A DNA stretch of 43,755 bases. It comes from Candidatus Competibacterales bacterium (GTDB lineage Bacteria > Pseudomonadota > Gammaproteobacteria > Competibacterales > JAHEDQ01). Where the stretch lies: NCBI GenBank assembly GCA_041587415.1, contig JBFGYN010000001.1:1-43755 (forward strand), read 5' to 3'. Position numbers and translations under genes: made by a program. How positions within the stretch are numbered: the first letter of the stretch is position 1; each line of letters starts with the position of its first letter. A model generated the notes under the pieces. It had not been told where the DNA came from. It did not search any database and was given only the letters and a program-made list of their open reading frames with translations. Of this stretch, positions 24,166 to 33,800 are shown in pieces.

Positions 24166-25298
24166 TGGCGACGCCTAAGACAGGCATGCAAGACATTGAT
24201 TCGATGGTGTCCTTCTTGGATTCCATCGAAGGCGACGTGTCCAAGCTTGACGACACTGAGGCCCCCGAAGCTGAGAGCAAATCCAAAGATTCCCCGTCTT
24301 CCGAGAAGCTTCCAACCCGCAGTGAGGACTTGACCCCTCCTCCCGAGTCCACGGAGCACGACGGCGAGGATACGGAAGACGGGGATACTGAAGAGGAGGA
24401 GGAGACGACTGAAGCCAGCGCTGAGGACGCTGGCGCTGATGCTGAAACCGAGGAACTGGACGCCGCCGAATTCGCTTCATATTTCGGTCTTGGCGAAGAG
24501 GATGTCGTCGTGCAAGACGACGGCACCGTTGCTTTTCGCTACAAGGTCGGGGACGAGACCGGTGCGGCTACCCTGAAGGACTTGGTTCGAGGCTACCAGC
24601 TTGAACGCAACCTCAACCGAAAGAGCGAACAGCTCAGCGAGGAAGTGAAGCAGACTCAAACTGCTCGCACCCAATTGCTAGAGGCCATAGACGCTCAGAA
24701 TGACTTATTGGAGAGCCTGAAAGAACAGGTCACCCAGAAGTATTCCGACACCGACTGGAAAGAGCTGGAATCGGAAGACCCTGGACGTGCGGCGCTGATG
24801 CGCCAGCACATGGCCGAAGAGTATCAGGGCTTGGAGTCTCGACTGGCTAAGAACCAGGAGAAGCGACAGGCGGCGATACAGCATGCGCTCCAGGAACAAG
24901 AGAAGCAGCTTGCGACTTTCTTCGAACAGGAGGAAGAGCGATTCGTGGCGAAGGTTCCCGAATGGAACGATCCCACGAAGCGCGAGGAGCTGACTCGCGA
25001 GTTCCGAGGTTATCTGACCGGGCTTGGTTTCAATGACAACGAGATGTCCGCTCTACGGGATCACCGAATCATGCTGATGGTTAGAGACGCGGTGAACTAC
25101 CGCAAACTCAAGACTACGAAGTTGCCAGCAGCGGAGAAGAAGGTGGTCAGGGTGCCAAGAAGGCTGAAAGCTGGATCCAAGCCCGAACCCGAAAGAGCGA
25201 AAGTGTCCAAGCGTCGGAAAGACGCATTCACCCGCCTTCGAAAATCTGGCTCTGATAAGGATGCAGCTGCAGCGTTCCTGGCAATTGATGCCGTTTAA
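24165..25298 (+). CDS. Putative scaffolding protein
   Basis: 377-aa ORF with a strongly acidic N-terminus (DTEDGDTEEEEETTEASAED), a long coiled-coil segment and a basic tail. It lies immediately upstream of the capsid gene. Confidence 0.6.
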   Translation: MATPKTGMQDIDSMVSFLDSIEGDVSKLDDTEAPEAESKSKDSPSSEKLPTRSEDLTPPPESTEHDGEDTEDGDTEEEEETTEASAEDAGADAETEELDAAEFASYFGLGEEDVVVQDDGTVAFRYKVGDETGAATLKDLVRGYQLERNLNRKSEQLSEEVKQTQTARTQLLEAIDAQNDLLESLKEQVTQKYSDTDWKELESEDPGRAALMRQHMAEEYQGLESRLAKNQEKRQAAIQHALQEQEKQLATFFEQEEERFVAKVPEWNDPTKREELTREFRGYLTGLGFNDNEMSALRDHRIMLMVRDAVNYRKLKTTKLPAAEKKVVRVPRRLKAGSKPEPERAKVSKRRKDAFTRLRKSGSDKDAAAAFLAIDAV

Positions 25299-25300
25299 AC
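25293..25300. repeat. GTTTAAAC octamer, copy 12
   Basis: Read as GTT TAA; it supplies the stop codon of the scaffold gene. Confidence 0.95.
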
Positions 25301-25313
25301 TGGAACCTGCAAA

Positions 25314-26357
25314 ATGTCTACAGCGAACTTTGATCGGTACGATCTTGCGACCGATGGCGACTCGGTGCGTGAAGATCTTCTCGACGTAATCTACAACATC
25401 GCTCCTACCCGGACCCCATTCATGACGGGCATCGGGGTCGGTTCGGCTCGGAGCGATTTTCACGAGTGGCAGACTGACGATCTGCATGCTGTCAATCCAA
25501 ACAACAAGGCGATCGACGGCGCGGATGCTGGGTCTGATCAGTCTGAGAACTCGGTCCGAGTCGGCAACTACTGTCAGATCTCGACCAAGGTGATCAAGGT
25601 CTCGGGCCGTGCGGATGCCGTCAACAAGGCGGGCCGTCGGACGGAGCTTGCTTACCAGCTCACCAAAGCCACGAAGTCCATCAAGCGCGACATGGAAGCC
25701 ATTCTCACGGCTAACAATGCCGCTGTGGCGGGTGGCGAGTCCACTGCTCCGGAGACCGCAGGCGCGCTTGCCTGGGTTCGGACTAACTGGGGCACGATGG
25801 CCGCTACGGGCTCGTCTGCGCCCACCATGTCCGGCGGCGCTGGGGGCTCGGGCTACCCGGACGCTGCGGCGACGGTGGCCGGCACTGATGCGGCACTGAC
25901 CGAGACCAAGCTTCGCAGTCAGATTCAGGCTCAGTACACCACGGGCGGCGAGGCGGACACCATCCTGGTGGCCCCGAAGCTCAAGCAGGTGATCTCTGAG
26001 TACCTGTTCAATACCAGTGCGCGAGTGGCGACGCTCTACCGTGACGAGGCCGGAAACAGTGGGCAAGCCACTGCGACGGCGGCTGTCGACGTGTTCGTGT
26101 CGGACTTCGGAGCGTTCAAGATCGTGCCGGACCTGTTCATCGCTCATGATGGCACCAATCCGGACGACTCGATGCTGCTTCTGTTGCAGATGAACATGTG
26201 GGCCGTTTGCTACCTGCGAACGTTCCGCACGATTCAGCTGGCAACCACGGGTGATGCTCAGAACCGGGAGCTGCTCGTGGACTACTGCTTGCGGTGCAAC
26301 AACGAAGCGGCCAACGCTTCGATTACGGACATCGACGCCGATAGCGCGATGGCGTAA
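25314..26357 (+). CDS. Major capsid protein (HK97 fold)
   Basis: 347-aa ORF. VREDLLDVIYNIAPTRTPFMTGIG...HEWQTDDL is a typical N-terminal signature of this capsid family. Position also supports the call. Confidence 0.88.
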   Translation: MSTANFDRYDLATDGDSVREDLLDVIYNIAPTRTPFMTGIGVGSARSDFHEWQTDDLHAVNPNNKAIDGADAGSDQSENSVRVGNYCQISTKVIKVSGRADAVNKAGRRTELAYQLTKATKSIKRDMEAILTANNAAVAGGESTAPETAGALAWVRTNWGTMAATGSSAPTMSGGAGGSGYPDAAATVAGTDAALTETKLRSQIQAQYTTGGEADTILVAPKLKQVISEYLFNTSARVATLYRDEAGNSGQATATAAVDVFVSDFGAFKIVPDLFIAHDGTNPDDSMLLLLQMNMWAVCYLRTFRTIQLATTGDAQNRELLVDYCLRCNNEAANASITDIDADSAMA

Positions 26358-26370
26358 AGCCCTGAGGCGG

Positions 26371-26403
26371 CGCGGGGCTCTACACTGGGTCCCGCGTTTA
26401 AAC
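26371..26403 (+). terminator. Possible post-capsid hairpin
   Basis: CGCGGG (26371-26376) and CCCGCG (26391-26396) flank a 14-nt loop and are followed by TTTAAAC. The stem is weak and the loop long. Confidence 0.3.
26396..26403. repeat. GTTTAAAC octamer, copy 13
   Basis: Untranslated. It reads GTTTAAACGAGGAAgagcaATG, leading into gene 26415. Confidence 0.95.
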
Positions 26404-26414
26404 GAGGAAGAGCA

Positions 26415-26753
26415 ATGGGGCGCAAGTTTGTCATCGACAGCCACGCCGACGGGGCTCTCCAGGACATCGCACACGTTGACGAGGACGGGTTCTACTATGA
26501 AACCGTCCAACACAACGAACAGCAGATCCTGTCTGAGAACGATCAGATCCGGAATGCCCGAGGCGGGTCCATCACCCGGGCGGATGGTGGGTTCCATCAT
26601 GTGGCTCGCATTCCCATCGAGCTGTGGAACACGTGGTGCCGGAAGTATCCGGAGCTGATCCACGGTCCGAAAAAGGAGATGCAGAAACGGTTGATAGCTC
26701 TGATCAACGATCGGGACTACCACCGCGTGCGGACCTCGGAGCGAGCCTCATGA
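26415..26753 (+). CDS. Hypothetical protein
   Basis: 112-aa ORF. A GAGGAA SD directly follows a GTTTAAAC copy. Confidence 0.55.
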   Translation: MGRKFVIDSHADGALQDIAHVDEDGFYYETVQHNEQQILSENDQIRNARGGSITRADGGFHHVARIPIELWNTWCRKYPELIHGPKKEMQKRLIALINDRDYHRVRTSERAS

Positions 26754-26872
26754 AGAAGCGACAGAAGCGCAAGGCCAAGTACCGGCAGCCGCTGCTTCCG
26801 ACGAAGACGACAGCCCTAGTGGTCGTGCCGCGTCGGGGCTCGGTGCTGGTCAACACGGGGAGACGGATCTGA
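26750..26872 (+). CDS. Small, highly basic protein (40 aa)
   Basis: MKKRQKRKAKYRQPLLPTKTTALVVVPRRGSVLVNTGRRI, with ATGA and TGATG junctions on either side. Confidence 0.45.
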   Translation: MKKRQKRKAKYRQPLLPTKTTALVVVPRRGSVLVNTGRRI

Positions 26873-27057
26873 TGCAGAGATACAACAAGCTGTGGGCGGC
26901 GATCGTCGTCGGCATCATAGGTGTGCTGGTCGAGGCTCAGCTGGTCACCCCGGAGGCGGGGCAACAGGTGTCCGAAGCGCTCATGCAGCTCTGGGAAGCT
27001 ATTCGAGTTACCGCTGTCGCGGTTGCTGTGTGGGCCGTGCCCAACAAGACGACGTGA
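26872..27057 (+). CDS. Holin-like protein with two transmembrane segments
   Basis: 61 aa with two hydrophobic segments, LWAAIVVGIIGVLV and VTAVAVAVWAV. Confidence 0.45.
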   Translation: MQRYNKLWAAIVVGIIGVLVEAQLVTPEAGQQVSEALMQLWEAIRVTAVAVAVWAVPNKTT

Positions 27058-27308
27058 GAGCCCTGCTCATAGCTGCCGTGCTGGCTTTATTCGGGTGCAC
27101 TGCAGTCCCGATGTACGTTGACCGTGCAGCAGCAGGTTACGATGCGGCGGAAGATGCGGCGCTACTTTGGCAATGCCAGGGAGGTTCCCGAGGTAGTTTA
27201 ATTCGGAATTACGCATATTCTGAAGAACGGTGGGCTGCGTGGTTGGAGCTTTGTGGCTATGCAAACAGAAGAACGCTACCCAGACCCGTTGACCCAGAAT
27301 TTAAATAA
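27054..27308 (+). CDS. Putative lipoprotein (o-spanin-like or exclusion protein)
   Basis: GTG 27054 overlaps the upstream stop as GTGA. VRALLIAAVLALFGCTAV looks like a signal peptide with a lipobox-like LFGC. Confidence 0.45.
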   Translation: MRALLIAAVLALFGCTAVPMYVDRAAAGYDAAEDAALLWQCQGGSRGSLIRNYAYSEERWAAWLELCGYANRRTLPRPVDPEFK

Positions 27309-27311
27309 TGT

Positions 27312-27680
27312 ATGGAAGACAAAAAACTGGTGAACGGAAAAGCTCCGATCATCTCGATCACGTCGATTGCGGCTGCGGTGCTGATTGCGTTCGGGAGCTT
27401 GCTTTGGACGCATGTCGGGACGGTAGGAGAAAACGCAAAAATCGCGATCGATGTCGCGAGACAGCATGGACGTGAGATTCAAGCGTTGCGGGAAGCGATA
27501 GCGCAATTGCACAGAGAGATCGCGGGGCTACAAGCGCAAATCGCTTTAGGTGGTCGCTTTACGCGCGAAGACGGCGATCGTTTGGAGAACAGGATGGACC
27601 GACTCCAAAACGACGTAGATCGAGTAGAGCGGGAGTCGAGGCCAGGAACAAGATGGAAAAGCGATGCCTTCATCGAGTGA
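27312..27680 (+). CDS. Coiled-coil protein with an N-terminal transmembrane anchor (i-spanin-like)
   Basis: 122 aa with the TM segment IISITSIAAAVLIAFGSLLW followed by the coiled coil LREAIAQLHREIAGLQAQI. Confidence 0.45.
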   Translation: MEDKKLVNGKAPIISITSIAAAVLIAFGSLLWTHVGTVGENAKIAIDVARQHGREIQALREAIAQLHREIAGLQAQIALGGRFTREDGDRLENRMDRLQNDVDRVERESRPGTRWKSDAFIE

Positions 27681-27698
27681 AGAAGAGGAAGTGTACGC

Positions 27699-29531
27699 AT
27701 GGCTGATTTAGCTCCAACCATTGACCATTCATCGGTCGATGGGAACAAGACAGGCACTCTCCAGCACGACGTTAATAAGCTGGTCAGTCGTGCGGTCTTC
27801 GGTCAAATCAACGACGGTGCTTCGCGGCCAAACATCACGCGGATCATTCATGTCAGCCCGGACGATGCCGCAGGTGTTGACGGGGCTTACGCCCAGATCG
27901 ATGCCGCGACTATCCCAGCTGGAGAGTGGGTGCTTGTTCAGCTAGGCCCAGGGCATTACGACGCTTCGAAGTTTGCCTTTGTAGGGCAGACCCGGGTCAT
28001 TACCCGAGGCGCTGGCGAGGCAACAGTGATCGATGTTGCTGCGAACACGACAGCTGGTAGCCCTCCCAGCGATACCGGGTATCCGAACAGCCTTCGGTTC
28101 AGCGGGAACACGAAGTGTGGGTTGGAGGATATGCGAGTCGAGTTCACTGACTCGGCAGCCGGAGCTACTATCACGCAAGGGGCTATCGCTCGGCGCAACA
28201 ATACCAACAGCACGGATTGTTGGTTCAAGAATGTCACGATCGTCGTGAATGAGATTGACGCAGCTCGCACGGGCGCGGGCTCGCAAGTGTATGGCATCGA
28301 TCTCGTGTCCAGCACTAACGGCGACGCTTGGGGCATGCGTTTTATCAACGTCAACATCATCTCCAGCAACTCGGGGATCGTTCTGGGTGCTGGAGAGATC
28401 CATTTCGAAGGTTGCAACATCTGGGTTGGCAACACCGCGAGAACTGGCGGACCTCACATCTACGGTATCAACTGGAAGTTCAACTGTCGCTGGTATTACT
28501 GGGGCGGCAAACTGGGCACGGGTTACGGAACGCTTGATCCGAACAGCACTCGGGATGTGTACATTGTTCGGTTCGAGCCGGACGGTGCTGATGGGGTTGG
28601 CTGGATCTACAACTCGGTGTCTTTCGGCCGGAACACGGGTGCCGGAAACAAGCGAATTGTGTATGCCGTAGGGGCTACGGGTTCTACCTCTCCGTGGCTC
28701 CGCATCACCGGCAGCTATATGCAGGCTGAAGATGCGATCACTGATGTCGAGGCCATAGAGACCGATTGGGTGCCGTCCGAGGGGTCGACCGACGGCAACA
28801 TTGTTCAGCTGGACAACAATATTCGGATCTCGGGTATCTTGGGCAACGCCATCGGCAATGATGGCCGAGTGGAGTTCTCCGGGGACATTTCGATCCCCAG
28901 CAGCTTCAAAGCGAACTGGTTCGCGTCAGGCTTGAGCGCGGACGCCACAGTAACGCTGCACAGTAACGAGCCGATCAGCAATGACGAGTTCGTGATCAAG
29001 AATTCGGACTCCACGTATAACGTGATTGTCCAGACTGAGCCCGCCGCGTCTGATCAGCTCGACGGCGTGGTGGACGGCAGCGTTACGATACCGCCGGGCG
29101 GCATGATCAAGATCGTGGGGCGGAAGCTCTCGGGCTCGGACATCTTGTACGAGACGATGGAGAAGAACTTCTATCGCTGGTACGAGAACATGCGAATGGG
29201 CATCGGTGGGGAAGTGATCAACGGTCAAGTGATGCCCCGTTGGCTGTTCAAGAAGCACGCAAACACCACGTCCAAGATTATCGGCATCTCTCGGCGGATC
29301 GAGTCCGGCACCAGTTTCACCTTCGACGTTCAACACGAAGGCGTGGACATTACAGGGCTTGCCGGAATCACCTGCACTACGACTGAGCAGTACACCGCTG
29401 CGACGACCCCGGTGACGGTGGCGGATGCAGAGGACGCCCAGATTGTAGACATTAGCTCGGCTACAGGAACACCAGCGGTCGCGAGCTTCGACTTGGTGGT
29501 TGAGCACACCGTGATTACCAAGGGGGCGTAA
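27699..29531 (+). CDS. Putative tailspike or tail fibre protein
   Basis: 610-aa ORF. Its Gly/Asn/Thr-rich repetitive strands are compatible with a beta-helix. Position in the tail module supports the call. Confidence 0.5.
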   Translation: MADLAPTIDHSSVDGNKTGTLQHDVNKLVSRAVFGQINDGASRPNITRIIHVSPDDAAGVDGAYAQIDAATIPAGEWVLVQLGPGHYDASKFAFVGQTRVITRGAGEATVIDVAANTTAGSPPSDTGYPNSLRFSGNTKCGLEDMRVEFTDSAAGATITQGAIARRNNTNSTDCWFKNVTIVVNEIDAARTGAGSQVYGIDLVSSTNGDAWGMRFINVNIISSNSGIVLGAGEIHFEGCNIWVGNTARTGGPHIYGINWKFNCRWYYWGGKLGTGYGTLDPNSTRDVYIVRFEPDGADGVGWIYNSVSFGRNTGAGNKRIVYAVGATGSTSPWLRITGSYMQAEDAITDVEAIETDWVPSEGSTDGNIVQLDNNIRISGILGNAIGNDGRVEFSGDISIPSSFKANWFASGLSADATVTLHSNEPISNDEFVIKNSDSTYNVIVQTEPAASDQLDGVVDGSVTIPPGGMIKIVGRKLSGSDILYETMEKNFYRWYENMRMGIGGEVINGQVMPRWLFKKHANTTSKIIGISRRIESGTSFTFDVQHEGVDITGLAGITCTTTEQYTAATTPVTVADAEDAQIVDISSATGTPAVASFDLVVEHTVITKGA

Positions 29532-29534
29532 GCG

Positions 29535-29936
29535 ATGGCAGCGAAAAACGGATTCATCGCGCGGATCGTTGGGTGGAACGACGACGGTACGGACGTTGAT
29601 ACTCGCCAGCTTCCGGCGTTGCACACTTTTGCTCTTTTACGCGAGTGGGAAATTGGCGCTGTTAATCAAGGGGCGGTGATTTCTGCGGTTCGTGCGGCGA
29701 TGCGAAAACAGCCGTTTGATGAGGAAGGAAATCCCATTCCGGCGCCGCCGTTCGATGGGGCGATGCAAACCGAGTTTAACGCGTTTCGTCAGCTTTATCA
29801 GAACGCGACAGACAAGGAGCGATTCTTGGATCTTGCGGAACGCGTTATTTTGCTGGCGCAGCGGAAGCTTATTTACGACACGACAGCCAAGGTCGAAGCG
29901 CGGTTCACTGACATCTCGAACGGAGTCAACATCTGA
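29535..29936 (+). CDS. Hypothetical protein
   Basis: 133-aa ORF between two fibre-like genes. Confidence 0.5.
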   Translation: MAAKNGFIARIVGWNDDGTDVDTRQLPALHTFALLREWEIGAVNQGAVISAVRAAMRKQPFDEEGNPIPAPPFDGAMQTEFNAFRQLYQNATDKERFLDLAERVILLAQRKLIYDTTAKVEARFTDISNGVNI

Positions 29937-31246
29937 TGGCTGATCGGGATGTTCTACTTCGCGTTGGCACTGGCGTCTTGCCGGCAACGACCAGTACGAC
30001 GCAGACGACGCTATCTATCTCAGGCTATGGGGCGACGCCCGATGGTTTGCTGTGGATCGGCACCAACGCGACGGCAGATGACACTCAGACCGAGGGCGGC
30101 TTCTGGATCAATCACGTCGATGCAGTCTATAACCAGACTTGCGGAATCTGGTCCGCTGATAACCAGGCTGCAATCTCTGACGAATGGTCGAATATCCGTA
30201 AAAGTACCGCAGCAGTATACGGCCAAGACGGTGCAACTTCGTCATGGGTTGCTAGAACGCAAACGGACACGACTGGGCCAAGTCTGGCAGATCCAGTCGC
30301 TGATGGTTGGAACTACGATCTGTATTCAGGCTCTGGTAGCTCACGATTAACGTCGTTCCTGCTATCGGGCGGGGCAGATGTTACTTCTAAGGTCACGGTT
30401 GCGCCTGTAGCTAATGCGGTCGATGGCGGGACGGCAAATCTCGCTACGACAGTAACGGACCCGGAAAATGTGCTCGGGATCATGACCTATCAGCACACAA
30501 CCGCGAACGGTTATCTGCAAGACGCGATTCTCTCTATCGGAGTCATCTCATATCGAAAGACAGACAGCCGCATTCAGCAAGCGTGTATCGGCTATTACGC
30601 GGACGATAGCGTCGCGACGTCGGACGTGCGGGGTATTTGTTACTCAGGGAGGTGCGCGGTCGGGCTTGAAGGCGGTGTGATTGATCACTCGCTTGAGATC
30701 ACAAGCGTTAGTGGGTCGAACATGGTATGCACGACTCGCGGCACGCCCACGACTCCCGCAAACATAAACGTGACGTGGATCTCGTTTCCCGATGACGTGC
30801 AAGTGTGGGCGGGCGTAGTGGACTCGCCCATAAGCACGGCGGCAGATTGGGAAGTCACGAGCGTAGGCTTCCGGCCCGGATTCGCGATTGTCGGTTCTTC
30901 GCTAGTTGAGTCGACCAATTCGCTTATCGCGGGCGAAGGTCACATCGGATTCGGAATGATTGACGACACAAATGTGGCGCGGTGCATCAGCATCTCAAAT
31001 AAAGACGCAGAATCGACAACCAATGCGGCGGTCATTACAGATTCTGCGCTGGTGCATCAATATGAGGCGGGCGCATCTTCGTTCACCGAGCGCTATCACC
31101 TAGACGCGCCATCTACGTCTCCGTTCACGGCGACCGGCATCAAGTTCCCGAACGCGGACATCTTGGCGGCTGATGGCACGGCGCGGAAGTGGCTGCTGGC
31201 GTGCGTGCAGAAACCGAACACTTACAACTACGTCTTTGGGATGTAA
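29936..31246 (+). CDS. Putative tail fibre or structural protein
   Basis: 436-aa ORF, Thr/Ser/Gly-rich, with an ATGA-type junction. Confidence 0.45.
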   Translation: MADRDVLLRVGTGVLPATTSTTQTTLSISGYGATPDGLLWIGTNATADDTQTEGGFWINHVDAVYNQTCGIWSADNQAAISDEWSNIRKSTAAVYGQDGATSSWVARTQTDTTGPSLADPVADGWNYDLYSGSGSSRLTSFLLSGGADVTSKVTVAPVANAVDGGTANLATTVTDPENVLGIMTYQHTTANGYLQDAILSIGVISYRKTDSRIQQACIGYYADDSVATSDVRGICYSGRCAVGLEGGVIDHSLEITSVSGSNMVCTTRGTPTTPANINVTWISFPDDVQVWAGVVDSPISTAADWEVTSVGFRPGFAIVGSSLVESTNSLIAGEGHIGFGMIDDTNVARCISISNKDAESTTNAAVITDSALVHQYEAGASSFTERYHLDAPSTSPFTATGIKFPNADILAADGTARKWLLACVQKPNTYNYVFGM

Positions 31247-31249
31247 GCG

Positions 31250-33790
31250 ATGGCGTTTAAGGGGACACGAGCACAAGCGCTGCACGGTTGGACGACAGCC
31301 GATAATGCTGCGTTTGACTTCCCCAACGCTGATTGGGTGTTGAGTTTTTGGGCCAAGATAGAGTCCGGTGAGAACACGGGGGGCGATCAGCAAGCGCAAT
31401 ACGTCCTGTCGCTAGGAGACTATTCGGGCTCCGCCAACGCTATGAATGTGTTGGTGTACCCCACCGATCATGCGAACGCGGATGCTCGGGACCGGTGGGA
31501 GGTGACTTGGGACGGCTCGGCGGGATTCATCTATCCGACGGCACAAACAGGTCAGGATGACGGCATTTGGCGTTTATACGTCCTTCAGTACAACAGTACC
31601 GCGCAAGAAATGACGTTTAGGGTGTGCCCCCTGAACGGTTCCGCGACTACGCTACAAACAAAGTCTTCGGTCAGTGATGGATCGCTCTCACCTACCGTCT
31701 CCCCCGCTATTGCCAAACGGTGGGACGATAACATTCGAAACTGCGGCTTTTCGCTTGCCGAGTTCTCGCTTGCGCTGGGCACGTTATCTGATGTCCAGGT
31801 TGAAGACTTGGCCTCGGGCAAGGCCATCACTGAATACTTCACCGGGGCGAATCTCAGCTGGTACTCCGAGTTCCGGACTGTAGGGGCTTCAGGAGACTAC
31901 ACCGACGACGAAGCCGGCTTCACCTGGACTCGCAACGGCACGATCACCGAGATTACTCACCCGTGGACAGTGGGCACGGTGGTACAGGCCAAGACCGCAA
32001 CGGTTTCGGTCGCCGCCCAGAAAGCGACGGTGCAGTATGTCGAAGGGGTTCTTTGGTACGCGAACGACACACTGACCTACGCCAACGATCTCGGGTTCTA
32101 CGCTAACGATCTCTATCTGCCCGGGACCACGGTTCTAGCTAAGACCGCATCGATCTCGATTGCGGCTCAGCAAGCGAACGTTGTTGCAGGTGCCAGTCTC
32201 GCGTTTACCGCCGATGAGCGGGAAGGCGAGAATATCAACGTCGCTGCTAGCACGATTACAGCTCCCAGCACCACGACGCCCACGGTGCGAATGGTTCCGT
32301 ACTTAACCAGTACCAGCGGTGGCGCGGGGAACCGGTTCTGGTTCTTCATGAAGAGCTATACCGGGGCCGCTGGCAAGACTCCGACATTCGAGGTTAGCAA
32401 TAAGCAGGGTGGGGTTACTGCGTTCTATGACGGGACGTGGGGCAGCCTCAACATGGTTTACAGCCAAGACGGCAAAGCCCTGAGTGACCCGACCAAGACG
32501 TGGGAGTATTTCGATAACCGGTCCGAAGTTCCGGAATCCGGAGCAGAAGTTCTCACGTGTTCCAATAACACCGCGTTCACTGGCGACGAGGTGTACGTTG
32601 CCTATGCTCGCCCGGTGCAGTGGAGCTTGCTGGACTCTCACCTGAGCGGCGCGTGGACGGCTTCCGGGTATGTCCAGGAACTGGCCAGCTCAATTGCCCA
32701 CGGTGGTGAAACCCACCAGATCGGAACGGTAGCATCGGTTGCGGATATAAACGGGCGAACGCTGCCGGAGCAGAAGCAGCGCGCTTTCGAGTTCAGTGAC
32801 TGGGCGAACAATCCGGACAGTGGGCAGCCTAAGCTCAAGATGCTGTTCATCTCGGGCATGCACTCGCCCGAAGACATGGGCACTGAGACCTGGGCCAAAG
32901 CGCTCACGTTGCTCACGACGGCGGACTCCGGAGGAACTGCTGACCAGCAAGCCTATGCCCGGGTGCTGAAGAACTACCGTCTCTGGTGCTCGGCCTGGGT
33001 GACTCCGGGCCGATACTATCACCACGATCGAGGCTTGGTGCTGGTAGGTGGAGATCCCGACCCGAATCGTGCGTGGGACGACACGGGGTTGTCGTTCGTA
33101 AACACGATCCGAACAGCCTTCGAATCGGACTACGGCAGCGCGGTAGACGTAGGAGTCGACTGCCACACCCAGGGTACGCCGGACAACGCGGTTTATATTC
33201 AGGACGCCGCTTTTACGCAGACCGCCGAATCGGTTCAGTATCGCACATACGTTCTCAACCGCATCACCGGAAGTGCAGCAACCAGTAACTGGATCGGCTC
33301 CACTCAGGAGCATTCGGCCACGGCTTACGGGGCACGAGTGTCGGTCACCTTCGAGCAGGGTGAGCAGGTCGGGGAACAGGCTGAGTCGGTTGTCGAGGCT
33401 GACGCTCGGGCGTTGCTGCTGGCTCTGGATGACATCTACGCACTGCTGGCCGGAACCACGGTGCAGGCCAAGACGGCCACCATTGCGATTGCGGCGCAGA
33501 AGGCTAACGTCTTAGCTCCGGGATCGGCGGTCGCGGCCAAGACTGCCAGCATTCAGATCGCGGCGCAGAAGGCGACCGTGGTCTCGGGCACCTTGGTGCA
33601 GGCGAAGACCGCAGCGGTCACCTTGGCCGCGCAGAAGACGACCGTAACGGGTGCCGCTGCCACGCAAGTCTTCGCCAAAACCGCTGTGATTCAGATATTC
33701 GGACGGAAGGCGACGGTGAATTACAATGTCACGGTCTGGACTGAGCGGGATCCGGTGACAGGGGATTGGACAGAGATAGAGGCAGCTTAG
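31250..33790 (+). CDS. Large tail protein with an N-terminal LamG-like domain, a possible M14-like peptidase region and a repeated AKTA...AAQKA motif
   Basis: 846-aa ORF. FPNADWVLSFWAKIE...WRLYVLQYNSTAQEMTFRV is LamG-like. LKMLFISGMHSPEDMG resembles M14 only weakly. There are six copies of a 17-aa repeat. Confidence 0.5.
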   Translation: MAFKGTRAQALHGWTTADNAAFDFPNADWVLSFWAKIESGENTGGDQQAQYVLSLGDYSGSANAMNVLVYPTDHANADARDRWEVTWDGSAGFIYPTAQTGQDDGIWRLYVLQYNSTAQEMTFRVCPLNGSATTLQTKSSVSDGSLSPTVSPAIAKRWDDNIRNCGFSLAEFSLALGTLSDVQVEDLASGKAITEYFTGANLSWYSEFRTVGASGDYTDDEAGFTWTRNGTITEITHPWTVGTVVQAKTATVSVAAQKATVQYVEGVLWYANDTLTYANDLGFYANDLYLPGTTVLAKTASISIAAQQANVVAGASLAFTADEREGENINVAASTITAPSTTTPTVRMVPYLTSTSGGAGNRFWFFMKSYTGAAGKTPTFEVSNKQGGVTAFYDGTWGSLNMVYSQDGKALSDPTKTWEYFDNRSEVPESGAEVLTCSNNTAFTGDEVYVAYARPVQWSLLDSHLSGAWTASGYVQELASSIAHGGETHQIGTVASVADINGRTLPEQKQRAFEFSDWANNPDSGQPKLKMLFISGMHSPEDMGTETWAKALTLLTTADSGGTADQQAYARVLKNYRLWCSAWVTPGRYYHHDRGLVLVGGDPDPNRAWDDTGLSFVNTIRTAFESDYGSAVDVGVDCHTQGTPDNAVYIQDAAFTQTAESVQYRTYVLNRITGSAATSNWIGSTQEHSATAYGARVSVTFEQGEQVGEQAESVVEADARALLLALDDIYALLAGTTVQAKTATIAIAAQKANVLAPGSAVAAKTASIQIAAQKATVVSGTLVQAKTAAVTLAAQKTTVTGAAATQVFAKTAVIQIFGRKATVNYNVTVWTERDPVTGDWTEIEAA
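33461..33718 (+). repeat. Four near-tandem copies of a 17-codon repeat; two further copies lie at 31982..32032 and 32132..32182
   Basis: The copies read VQAKTATIAIAAQKANV, VAAKTASIQIAAQKATV, VQAKTAAVTLAAQKTTV and VFAKTAVIQIFGRKATV. The upstream copies read VQAKTATVSVAAQKATV and VLAKTASISIAAQQANV. Confidence 0.85.
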
Positions 33791-33800
33791 GAGCAGACTC

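Noticed and set aside
25053-26723. A 556-aa minus-strand ORF lies opposite the capsid gene.
   Set aside because: It is antisense to the major capsid and scaffold genes, has an Arg/Val/Gly-rich composition, and lacks an SD or any recognisable domain. It is a spurious GC-driven ORF. The same applies to 9892..10578, 16896..17531, 19382..19939 and 22259..22879 on the minus strand.
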